In this document: positions 1 through 8,594 of the stretch, piece after piece | Numbering within the stretch: position 1 is the first letter of the stretch | Layout of the letters: every line of letters starts with the position of its first letter | Source: Candidatus Poribacteria bacterium | GTDB lineage: Bacteria > Poribacteria > WGA-4E > UBA9662 | Reading direction: 5' to 3' | DNA: 26,535 nt | Assembly: GCA_046582655.1 (NCBI GenBank) | Contig: JAYGDX010000363.1 | Coordinates: forward strand, 1-26,535 | The notes under the pieces: generated by a model | Databases searched by the model: none | What the model was told of the DNA's origin: nothing | The model's input: only the letters and a program-made list of their open reading frames with translations | Translations under genes and position numbers: made by a program

Positions 1-151
1 TTGAGCATGTGATTGGCAAACTAAAGGTCTTTGCTATTCTGTGCCAGCGTTATCGCAACCGACGACGACGTTTTTCACTCCGCTTTAATTTGATTGCTGC
101 CATCTACAATCTTGAACTCAAACTCAAATCCTGACTTATGCAAGAGGTCTA
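1..151 (+). mobile_element. Right end of an IS5-family (ISL2/IS702/IS1381-like) insertion sequence, truncated by the window edge
   Basis: Transposase C-terminus followed directly by GACTTATGCAAGAGGTCTA (133-151), whose reverse complement TAGACCTCTTGCATAAGTC resembles ISL2-group terminal inverted repeats. Confidence 0.85.
3..134 (+). CDS. IS5-family (DDE_Tnp_4-type) transposase, C-terminal part (partial)
   Basis: Manual translation of frame 3: EHVIGKLKVFAILCQRYRNRRRRFSLRFNLIAAIYNLELKLKS*, matching the typical ISL2-group tail EHxxxxLKxFxILxxRYRNRRxRFxLRFNLIAxIYN. Confidence 0.88.
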   Translation, partial: EHVIGKLKVFAILCQRYRNRRRRFSLRFNLIAAIYNLELKLKS

Positions 152-189
152 GTAGTTGAATTCTAAGGAATAAGTAAGGTTGAAATCGC

Positions 190-1335
190 ATGAAATTAAT
201 TAAAGAATTACCAAATCCTTTTCTGATGAAAGATGGTAGTCGCGTTGTCACTGAAGAAAACTGGAATCAGCGCCGACAAGAAATTAAAGATATGATGATC
301 AACATCCAGTATGGATCCATACCAAGCTCACCTGAAGAGGTAAAAATAAAGCATCTAGAATCCAAGATGCTCGACGGTGGTGAAACTCAGGAGGAATTAT
401 ATTTTGAATTCGTGCCCAAAAGAGACCAGCCCGAGATTAAGTTCGGTATGAATGTCACAGTCTTATTTCCATCTTTAGAAGCAGTAAAAAAGCGCAAAAT
501 GTCAGTCGAAGGTTTTGGTCGAAATGGGATTCCTGCCCTGATATATGTGGGAAAATCGGTGTTTCATGATCTCCTCCAAAGTGGCTATATGATGATCTGT
601 TATGAAAACAACCAGTTAGAACCAATAGAAATGGGTAACCCAATTGTCGGTCCAGTTCGACAAGCTTATGAGAAACTAGAACCGGGCAAATATTCTTGGG
701 GATCAATTTCAGTTTGGGCTTGGGGAGCTTTACAACTGTTAGAGTATATCCTTACATTAGCAAGTGTTGACAAAAAACAGATTATGATCTCAGGACACTC
801 TAGAAATGGCAAAACGGCTTTACTGGCAGGGGCGCTTGATGATCGAATTGCTATTGTCAACCCAGCTGGGTCTGGGTGTGCGGGAGCTGGATCGTACCTC
901 GCGCTGGGGGATGATTGCGAAGATTTGGCTGCTCTCACCGACAGGAAACGATGGTGGACATGGACTCATCCTGATTTTGAGAAATGGGCAGGACACGAAA
1001 AAGATTTACCTTTTGATCAACATTTCCTGATGGGACTTGTCGCACCACGACCATTATTACGGACAGAGGGCCGAGACGACCTCTGGGCAAATCCAGAAGG
1101 CACGTATGCTTCGTTTTCAGCTACCCAGCCGATTTACGATTTTCTTGGAGTGCCTGAACGAAATGGTATCCACATTCGAGAGGGGGGACACTATCAGGGA
1201 GAAGAAGATTCCGGGGCATTACTGGCTTTTGCTGACTGGCATTTCTTTAATCTTTCGCCTAAACACTGCTTCAAGAGGTTGCTTCAAGAAGGAATGGAAT
1301 TTCCCACATTCTTTCGCTGGACACACCCAAAATGA
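190..1335 (+). CDS. Carbohydrate esterase family 15 (glucuronoyl esterase-like) alpha/beta hydrolase
   Basis: N-terminal LPNPFLMKDG..W..RRQEI, WAWG, nucleophile elbow GHSRNGK (G-x-S-R-x-G-K), PFDQHFLMGLVAPRPLL, DDLWANPEG and a C-terminal GGH. No signal peptide visible. Confidence 0.85.
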   Translation: MKLIKELPNPFLMKDGSRVVTEENWNQRRQEIKDMMINIQYGSIPSSPEEVKIKHLESKMLDGGETQEELYFEFVPKRDQPEIKFGMNVTVLFPSLEAVKKRKMSVEGFGRNGIPALIYVGKSVFHDLLQSGYMMICYENNQLEPIEMGNPIVGPVRQAYEKLEPGKYSWGSISVWAWGALQLLEYILTLASVDKKQIMISGHSRNGKTALLAGALDDRIAIVNPAGSGCAGAGSYLALGDDCEDLAALTDRKRWWTWTHPDFEKWAGHEKDLPFDQHFLMGLVAPRPLLRTEGRDDLWANPEGTYASFSATQPIYDFLGVPERNGIHIREGGHYQGEEDSGALLAFADWHFFNLSPKHCFKRLLQEGMEFPTFFRWTHPK

Positions 1336-1344
1336 ATACGATCT

Positions 1345-2135
1345 AATTAAGGTTCGAGTAATTCTGAAACACAACGCCCTCAGATAATAATCAGCTGTCG
1401 GTTCGTATTCGTAACGATATGTTACCTGCAAGCCACAACTGTGGTCTGACCAAGAACCTCGACATAGCACATGGTAATCACCCATCTTTGGTCCTTTTGG
1501 GATCCACTGTAATATCGCCATACTAATCGACACAACACTCCCAAACGTTAACAATCATATCATAAATCCCATAGCCATTCGGCATTAAACTACCAACAGA
1601 TGTGGTTTCTCCATCCTAATGATCACTGCCTTCAACGCCTTCATAATTCGTATTATCACGCGAAAGCTCATCCCCCTACGGATAACGCTTATTCGTCACC
1701 CCAACTCGTGCAGTATATTCTCATTCTGTTTCTGTAGGCAAACGTTTCCCTACCCATTTAGCGTACGCCTTAGCATCAGTCCACGTAACATAAACCATGA
1801 AATAATTGTTGGTAACGGAGCAATCCGATACACCGTTCCAGCGATTAAGGCCGTATCCTGTCTGACTGACAAACTTTTTAAATTGGCCGATAGTAACTTC
1901 ATAAATATCTATATAGAAAGCATCAAGTTCAACCTTATGAACAGGTAGAAAGTCTTCCATATTATTATCCAAATGATCCCCCACTTCAAAGCGACCCATC
2001 AGAATCAGCAACATCATGGAACTATCCTTTGTCCAGATAGTCTCCCAAGGGTACTTTCAGATATACCGTCATCTTCACCGCAGCCGATAAAAATAAATAC
2101 GACAAGATACATAAAAGCAATAGTAAGTTTCTTAA
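1345..2135 (-). pseudogene. Degraded formylglycine-generating-enzyme (FGE-sulfatase/SUMF1) domain lipoprotein
   Basis: Fragments in several frames: lipobox-like FIFIGCGEDD; WTKDSSMMLLILMGRFEVGDH..PVHKVELDAFYIDIYEVT..AYAKWVGKRLPTETE*EY; TSVGSLMPNGYGIYDMIVNVWECCVD*Y; PKGP..YHVLCRGSW..ALCFR. Conserved Trp codons are replaced by TGA/TAG and there are frameshifts. Boundaries approximate. Confidence 0.85.
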
Positions 2136-2294
2136 CTATGTGGGTTAATTGGACTTGCCCTTCTGCATCTTCAATAGAAAACAAGCTCGGAGGGAATTAT
2201 GAGGTCAAGCTCAATGACTTCCTGATATCTATCTTCATTTGATTTGTTGATTCCCCAATCTATTAGATGATGAATTATTCATTTCACAACGGAT

Positions 2295-3116
2295 TTAATC
2301 ATCGAATCTCCAGATTCGGAGAGCCGTTTTGCCTAGCATCCATTCTCGATCTTCGGGCGTAAAAAAATCCATTTCGTCTTTGACAACAGTTAGTGCTTGT
2401 GCATAAGATGCTTTACTCAAGCACACAGGCCAATCCGTACCCCACATAATCCGATTTCCGCCAAATGTATGATAGATTTTTTTAACCATATCATGTGTGT
2501 CGACCCATGGATAGGCTGTTTTGGAAATTGACCATGTGTGACTAATCTTCACATAAACTCTAGGAAAGGTTACCAAGTCAAGGAGCAATTCGAGTTTTTC
2601 TGGTTGATCCGGTGAACAATCTGCCATGTGATCAACGACAACATCTAGATCTCCATGTCGATCTAGGATATCGGCGAGATCCTTTAGTCTTTCAGGCCGT
2701 GTTAAAACCAGCATAGGAACGCCCAATTGTTCTGCACGTCCGAAAATTGGATCCATCAGTGGACCAGCGAACCAATCACCGGAGGCACCTACCGATGGAC
2801 TTAAGCGAACACCATGAAGCCTATGTTCTTCTGTCCAGTAACTCAGATGATCAGGTGCATCTGGGTCCTCTGGATTGATACGACCAACGGCCATGAATCT
2901 ATCGGGATAAGTTTTTACGGCATGTATGGCGTAACTGTTATCCCAACGATAGTGAATGACTTGAACTAACACGGTTTTCTCAACGCTGTTTTCGTCCATC
3001 AATTTAAGCAACATCTCCGGTGTGGCGTCTTCCTGAGGAGGATTCTGCGTCTCTGGTGCCCAAGGAAATTCTGGATCGTTCTTCCAGACATGAACGTGTG
3101 GATCAATAATTCTCAA
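2295..3116 (-). CDS. Amidohydrolase_2 family protein (lactonase-like; L-fuconolactonase/LigI group)
   Basis: IIDPHVHVW (HxH), GVRL, VVVDHMA, VYVKIS, RIMWGTDWPV; AAGGAG RBS before the TTG start. Confidence 0.88.
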   Translation of the reverse strand: MRIIDPHVHVWKNDPEFPWAPETQNPPQEDATPEMLLKLMDENSVEKTVLVQVIHYRWDNSYAIHAVKTYPDRFMAVGRINPEDPDAPDHLSYWTEEHRLHGVRLSPSVGASGDWFAGPLMDPIFGRAEQLGVPMLVLTRPERLKDLADILDRHGDLDVVVDHMADCSPDQPEKLELLLDLVTFPRVYVKISHTWSISKTAYPWVDTHDMVKKIYHTFGGNRIMWGTDWPVCLSKASYAQALTVVKDEMDFFTPEDREWMLGKTALRIWRFDD

Positions 3117-3167
3117 TTTTGTTCTCCTTTTAGTTCTACGTGGGAACAGTATATTGATTTTAATTTT

Positions 3168-4940
3168 TTAAAGAAAAGACAGTCCCATAGCCCGCCTGCC
3201 TGCATCCGTTAAACGCGCCGGAGACCATTTCGGTTCCCAAGTGAAATCGACAATAACCTCTCGAATGCCATCCAATTTGAGCAACCGATCTCGTATCGGG
3301 TTAGCAATAAAACCGTATTTGGGCCTTCCACGATGCGGCATCGTCATCAATATATGTATAATACCTCCTCGTATACTTACGTCATAGATATATCCCATAT
3401 CTACAACGTTTGCATCAACCGCATAAAACATTTCATCTCTAACGGATCGAAGGGCTTTCCAAACACTTTGCTTGATTGCCGTAGTATTTTCTGTTTTCGT
3501 GACAAGTCGCCCCCGAGATTTCGAAGGTATTTGGTGGAAAAATTCATTTTCAAGATTAATTTCCGCATTTACTTTAAGCGGATTTAACAGACTAAGGCGA
3601 ACATCCTGAACTTCCTTTCTTCCGGATTGCACAAAATAGGGTGAAATCAGATAAGCGTTTTTTTGTCTGAGAGAAGTTCCGGCACGGAACCGCGGACTGT
3701 TTCTTGCCGCCCAGCGACTCCAGAGTTGTCCATGCCCATTATAATTCAAGGTCGGCGCGCCGCTATGATAGAGGACATCGAAATTTTCTGCCTGATGTTC
3801 TAACCAAATTGCAATAAACGCGTCACGGCTTTGTTGATTGAAGAAACCAACTCCCCACAGGTCATCCTGATGTGAACTTGGCACCTCGCCCTCATGTAGT
3901 TTCCCATCGCTGTCTATCCAAACAGTGTCGGTAAAAGCATACCCTGAAAATACCCATTCATCGTCACGAAGATAATTAAGCTCAAAATCTTTGATAACTT
4001 CCATCCTACCTTCTTTGATGAAGTACGGTAACCCAGCATAAAACTTATAGGTAACATCTATGTGCATTCGACTCGGAGAAAATAACGGATGGATGGGACT
4101 ATGAGGAAAACCCCATCGACGTACATAAACGCAAACAGGCCCCTTGATCACCTCATAGTTGGGGCAGGTGGACCAATTTGTAACCCGGAACTTTTGAAAG
4201 TTGTTTGAAGCCAAGTAATCGTGTGCCCAATCAACATTGGGCGGTTCCCCGTGACCTTCCCCACCAGCAAAAAGCTCCAGCCCATGCGCACGTTTATAGG
4301 TTAATCGCTCTAATTGTCCCATCTGATGTGACAGATCAGCGGCGTAATGATGGTTTTCAATCCGAAGCCCAACTCCCTCACCATCAGTCTGAAGGTCCGA
4401 TAGATAGTTCGGTAATTCGGCGTTTGGGTTACCGTAGAAAATAAAGTAAATTGTTCTTGAGTTTGCAAGTACATCTGCCAGAAAGGTAAGATGGCAATGC
4501 CGTTTACCGCACCGATAGATTTCATTATAAATTTGACTTACAGTTTCAAAAAGCTGTCCAGTAGTCGCCTCAAGTCTAGCGACACGAACCTCACGTTGCA
4601 AATTGTGCCCCTCTTCAAAACTGATTGGCAGATCCACAGGTTCCTGAAATCTGTCTAAACCGATACTCTCCTCTAAAGCTATTACCTTGAAAAACTTCCA
4701 GCCCTCGGCCCACTTCAACCATGATTCTGGTAAATCACTAACTTCGCCTGTCGTTTCCAATCCGAGGATGTGATTTTCTGCTGGATCTTCAATCTCCCTT
4801 TCAAAAGTCAGGGTATCCTTAATAGATTCAGACAAAGACATGGCAAGATCAATCTCACCTAATCGATATGCTTCCGAAAGTAATTGGATTTTCTCCTCAA
4901 TGCTATCAGTTCGGTGCTGATATTGTGTTTCCAGGATCAT
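3168..4940 (-). CDS. Uncharacterised 590-aa protein with a C-terminal DUF59/FeS_assembly_P (SufT/PaaD/MIP18-like) domain
   Basis: The last ~100 aa (VWKALRSVRD..NVVDMGYIYDV..IRDRLLKLDGIREVIVDFTWEPKWSPARLTDAGRRAMG) fit DUF59. The N-terminal ~490 aa were not recognised. Confidence 0.75.
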   Translation of the reverse strand: MILETQYQHRTDSIEEKIQLLSEAYRLGEIDLAMSLSESIKDTLTFEREIEDPAENHILGLETTGEVSDLPESWLKWAEGWKFFKVIALEESIGLDRFQEPVDLPISFEEGHNLQREVRVARLEATTGQLFETVSQIYNEIYRCGKRHCHLTFLADVLANSRTIYFIFYGNPNAELPNYLSDLQTDGEGVGLRIENHHYAADLSHQMGQLERLTYKRAHGLELFAGGEGHGEPPNVDWAHDYLASNNFQKFRVTNWSTCPNYEVIKGPVCVYVRRWGFPHSPIHPLFSPSRMHIDVTYKFYAGLPYFIKEGRMEVIKDFELNYLRDDEWVFSGYAFTDTVWIDSDGKLHEGEVPSSHQDDLWGVGFFNQQSRDAFIAIWLEHQAENFDVLYHSGAPTLNYNGHGQLWSRWAARNSPRFRAGTSLRQKNAYLISPYFVQSGRKEVQDVRLSLLNPLKVNAEINLENEFFHQIPSKSRGRLVTKTENTTAIKQSVWKALRSVRDEMFYAVDANVVDMGYIYDVSIRGGIIHILMTMPHRGRPKYGFIANPIRDRLLKLDGIREVIVDFTWEPKWSPARLTDAGRRAMGLSFL

Positions 4941-5071
4941 ACGTACTTGATTCCTTTCAAGATGATGAGGGAATTTTTGCTAAACCAATCAACTCGACTC
5001 GATGTATCCAGACCAATTTTGAAACTACTGCAGGGCATGAACTCCCTTAACCAATTCCTTCATTGCTAAAA

Positions 5072-5090
5072 TAGACCTTTTGTATAAATC
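5072..5090 (+). mobile_element. Orphan degenerate ISL2-type terminal inverted repeat
   Basis: TAGACCTTTTGTATAAATC matches 16/19 nt of the reverse complement of the IS end at 133-151. Confidence 0.5.
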
Positions 5091-5443
5091 AAAATTTCTT
5101 TCATAAAGTCTTTGATGCTACCTCATTCAGTCATTACGGAAAAATCCTCCCAAAAGCTCCAAACCATGAATAAACCAAGTGATTCTGATTTCAGAAAATG
5201 GCTCATGATTTCCTCGATTTCTCATTCTCTAACAGTGGCATAGGAAGTAAAGAGTTCCTTAACCGACACCTCCTCTGCCACGAAATCAATAGTAAATTTT
5301 TTAACTTCGGTTTCTCTAATAGTGGTAGATTGTTTTCGGATCTTTGGTTTAGTTAGTTTGATTTGAACCACCGCTGCATCCAAACATACCAATGAATATC
5401 AAAATAACAAATGTATTGAGCTCTCATAGAACACATCAAATTA

Positions 5444-6241
5444 CTAAAAGTCGCGTATATACCCAGCAGTCCAACCACCATCTACGACCAATACATGTCC
5501 GGTGATATAGGTAGTTTCCGGTGCCGCCAGAAAAAGTGCAGCATGAGCAATCTCTTCCGTTTCGGCAGGACGGCCGAGCGGAACGTGGGAAAGCATGTTT
5601 CTCATCGATTCTTGAAACTTAGCGTCATCACCATAGAACAGTTTCTTTGTGCCATCCGTCAGCACCGAACCAGGAGCTATGCCATTTACAAGTATTCCAG
5701 ATGGCGCAAGTTCTATGGCCATAGCTTTGGTCAAGTTAACCACGCCAGCCTTGGCAGCCACAAACGCACACTGTAAACGTAAAGGCATTATGCCTCCAAC
5801 CGAAGCGATGTTGATAATCCGACCATATTTCTGTTCAATCATTGGCCTAGACGCGAATTGACTCACGATGAATACCCCGGTTAAATCTACCTCTAAAATC
5901 CGATTCCATTCTTCTAAAGGGAATTGATCTATATTTACGCGATGTGCTAGGGTATTGACACCCGCATTGTTAACTAAAATATCCAAATGCCCAAAATCAG
6001 CTAAGATGGTGTCGACACTGAATTCAACCTGATCGGAATCCCTGACATCCACCTGTAAAGGCCTGCAGTTCCCCTCATATGCTTGATTCGCATCTGAGGC
6101 GGTTTCTTCTGCTTGCTCAAAATCAATGTCCGCAAAGATGACATCAGCTCCATTTTCTCCCAACGTATTAGCAATTGATTTACCAATTCCGCGTGCGGCA
6201 CCAGTTACTAACGCAACTTTACCCGCAAGATTAACTTTCAT
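5444..6241 (-). CDS. Classical short-chain dehydrogenase/reductase (SDR) with an atypical active site
   Basis: TGAARGIG, Asp after beta2 (FADID, NAD preference), LVNNAG, IINIAS, VNGIAPG, YITGHVLVVDGG; the YxxxK position reads FVAAK. Confidence 0.92.
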   Translation of the reverse strand: MKVNLAGKVALVTGAARGIGKSIANTLGENGADVIFADIDFEQAEETASDANQAYEGNCRPLQVDVRDSDQVEFSVDTILADFGHLDILVNNAGVNTLAHRVNIDQFPLEEWNRILEVDLTGVFIVSQFASRPMIEQKYGRIINIASVGGIMPLRLQCAFVAAKAGVVNLTKAMAIELAPSGILVNGIAPGSVLTDGTKKLFYGDDAKFQESMRNMLSHVPLGRPAETEEIAHAALFLAAPETTYITGHVLVVDGGWTAGYIRDF

Positions 6242-6421
6242 CTACACCCTCCACCAAATCGCTTCTGAGCGAGGAAATTCAGTCGACATCTCATTGTAAT
6301 TTTAAACACTTGATTTTTTGCTTTCCACGTAAACAACTTAGCATCTGTTTCATCAGGTCATTTATTGTAGCTGGAATCAGAGCATATTACATCTGAATTG
6401 CTATCGCATGTCAAGCTGAAT

Positions 6422-6838
6422 TTAAGGATTGGGAGGTGACGTACAAATCAAAACCTCGAGCGTTTCATCACCTGTGTTCTCTATGCCATGTTCACACCAC
6501 GGAGGAAGATGAACGAACATACCGGCTTTCACCTCGACTTCATCTCCAGCTAGTGTCATCGTTCCCTGTCCCCTCAAAATAACGTAGCACTCTTCCGTAT
6601 GATGACTACTAGGTTCAAAAATAACATGAGGAGGTATATAGAACATGATTAATCCCATATTTTGAGCCGGAGCATTCGGATTGGCTGGATGAACGATTCG
6701 AACACCGAGTCCCTCGCAGTTGGGATATTTTATCGGCACACCATCCCGTGCCGTTACAATGTTTGGCAACACTTTCCCACTTGGTTTCTGCGTGGGGGAA
6801 ACTCGATCATAGCCTTTAAACGTAGTGATTTTAGCCAC
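6422..6838 (-). CDS. Cupin_2 domain protein
   Basis: Cupin motif 1 (PSSHHTEECYVILRGQG) and motif 2 (GMFVHLPPWCEHGIEN); GTG start. Confidence 0.85.
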   Translation of the reverse strand: MAKITTFKGYDRVSPTQKPSGKVLPNIVTARDGVPIKYPNCEGLGVRIVHPANPNAPAQNMGLIMFYIPPHVIFEPSSHHTEECYVILRGQGTMTLAGDEVEVKAGMFVHLPPWCEHGIENTGDETLEVLICTSPPNP

Positions 6839-6911
6839 CTAATTTTTTCCTTTCAGTGTAAATAATTTCCTCAAGTTTTGGGACATCATTTATCCAGGTA
6901 ATCTATACTCT

Positions 6912-6995
6912 CTAGTGATAGTTTCCACCGACATCAAATCTGGAGGTTTGGTTAGAGCCACCAACCCCGCACCCGGAAACACCCACAGTCAACAT
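6912..6995 (-). pseudogene. Possible N-terminal remnant of a Gfo/Idh/MocA-type Rossmann oxidoreductase
   Basis: MLTVGVSGCGVGGSNQ resembles the first strand and GxGxxG loop (L-x-VG-V-x-GCG-x-x-G); it lies directly after the sulfatase stop and within the GC-rich segment. Only ~16 informative residues. Confidence 0.35.
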
Positions 6996-7011
6996 AGCGA
7001 TGGGCGTGCGC

Positions 7012-8526
7012 CTAGATCTGCTCCTCGTCCAGATAATCCATTTCCGGCTCAAGATTCCAACGATACTGGTCCGGTGGCCGCACACGACGGCCCCAGGAAA
7101 CAAGGATCTGCCGGTTGGAGCGGAGCTCGGCCATGCGCTCGCAGATCCATTCGGGGTCCCAGCCGTTCAGGACTTCGGCCTTGAGCTTTTCGACTGTTTC
7201 TTGGTGCGCGGGATCGGCGGCTAGGTCGTTGAGTTCACGTGGGTCGACCTCCAAGTCAAAAAGCTGGCATGGCTGACAATGGTAATAGTTGAGCTTCCAG
7301 TTGTCACGACGGATCATACGCTGGAAGACACCCTCTTCGGGGAAGGGGCCGCCAGCCCCGACCGCGTCCTGACAGAACTCGGAGAAGGCCACATTATCCC
7401 ATTCGGCGTTTTCTGGGTCGGTCAGTAGCGGAAGCAAGCTCCGCCCCTGCGAGTTGGGCAGAACAGGGCAACCTAGGGCGTCGATCATGGTCGCGTTAAG
7501 GTCGAGCGAGGAGATGACCTTGTCGCAGCGGATGCTCTCAGGTAAGTGGCCTGACCAAGCGAGGATCGTTGGGACCTTGACCGAGTCCTCGTAAAAGGTC
7601 TGCTTCCACCACAGGCCGTGCTCACCGACCTGCTCTCCGTGATCGGACATATAAACGATGAGGGTATTCTCCTCCAAGTCATTCTCGAGCAGGGCGGTGA
7701 TGACCCGGCCAATCATCACGTCCATCCTGTAGACCAAAGCCCAGTAGGCAGCGCGGGCACGGCGGATCTCCTCTTCGCTGACCTCTTCGATCTCGCAGGC
7801 TTTGCGCCAGCGTTTGATGTGGGGATGCAGGTGTTCGCCAAAGGGTTCGGGATCCTTCGGCGGAGTGACGTTTTCGTAGTAGTAGCAATAGTCCTCCAAC
7901 CGGGCGACAAAGGGCTGATGCGGCAGCATAAAGCCGACCGAGAGCGAGAAGGGCACGGCCGGCTGGCCAGCGCGCTTCTTCACCCCCAGCCGATTGAGGT
8001 AATCGATGGTAGCGGCGGTGACATCCTCGTCGTGGACCTGGTAGGCGCTCTGGCCATGGCCTGAAAGCCTGAGACTGACGCGGTTCGGTCCGGCGGTACC
8101 TGAAAGCTCACCGTGGTCGACGCCGCTACCGCCAAGCTGGTTCGGCCCGTGGTCCCCGATCAGGCGCTCGGCATAGCCGTGAAGTTGGTCGGGGCCAACC
8201 GAGTGCATGCGACCCGCAAGTGAGGGGCGGTAGCCACCAGCGCCCATGGCGTGAGCGAAAGTCGGGATCCCAGAGTCGAGCATATGGGAGTTGGTCCACA
8301 CTTGGTTCTCGTACGGATAGCGACCCGACAGCATCGACATACGCGAGGGCACACAAATCGGAGAAGGACAGTAGACATTTCCCAGAAGAACTCCTCGTTC
8401 GGCTAATTGATCAAGGTTAGGCGTTCGCACTAACGGATCTCCGTAACAACCGGTAACAGCTGCAGCGTGCTGATCCGAATGTATATAGAGTAGGTTAGGA
8501 CGTTGATCTGATTTTAATTGAGGCAT
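7012..8526 (-). CDS. Formylglycine-dependent (S1) sulfatase, choline-sulfatase-like
   Basis: RPNLLYIHSDQH, TPNLDQLA, CPSPICVPSRMSMLSGRY (CxPxR), GRMH, PHQPF, YMSDHGE, KQTFYEDSVKVP, LFDLEVDPRELNDLA. No signal peptide. Confidence 0.93.
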   Translation of the reverse strand: MPQLKSDQRPNLLYIHSDQHAAAVTGCYGDPLVRTPNLDQLAERGVLLGNVYCPSPICVPSRMSMLSGRYPYENQVWTNSHMLDSGIPTFAHAMGAGGYRPSLAGRMHSVGPDQLHGYAERLIGDHGPNQLGGSGVDHGELSGTAGPNRVSLRLSGHGQSAYQVHDEDVTAATIDYLNRLGVKKRAGQPAVPFSLSVGFMLPHQPFVARLEDYCYYYENVTPPKDPEPFGEHLHPHIKRWRKACEIEEVSEEEIRRARAAYWALVYRMDVMIGRVITALLENDLEENTLIVYMSDHGEQVGEHGLWWKQTFYEDSVKVPTILAWSGHLPESIRCDKVISSLDLNATMIDALGCPVLPNSQGRSLLPLLTDPENAEWDNVAFSEFCQDAVGAGGPFPEEGVFQRMIRRDNWKLNYYHCQPCQLFDLEVDPRELNDLAADPAHQETVEKLKAEVLNGWDPEWICERMAELRSNRQILVSWGRRVRPPDQYRWNLEPEMDYLDEEQI

Positions 8527-8594
8527 TTAAATCACCCTTTTCTGATCTTCTCTAAAATAGTCTGCTTCTATTCTCAAAGTACAAGTTCAATTTC

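Noticed and set aside
6915..8420. Numerous short overlapping ORFs in and around the sulfatase
   Set aside because: Shadow ORFs expected from high GC; no recognisable motifs.
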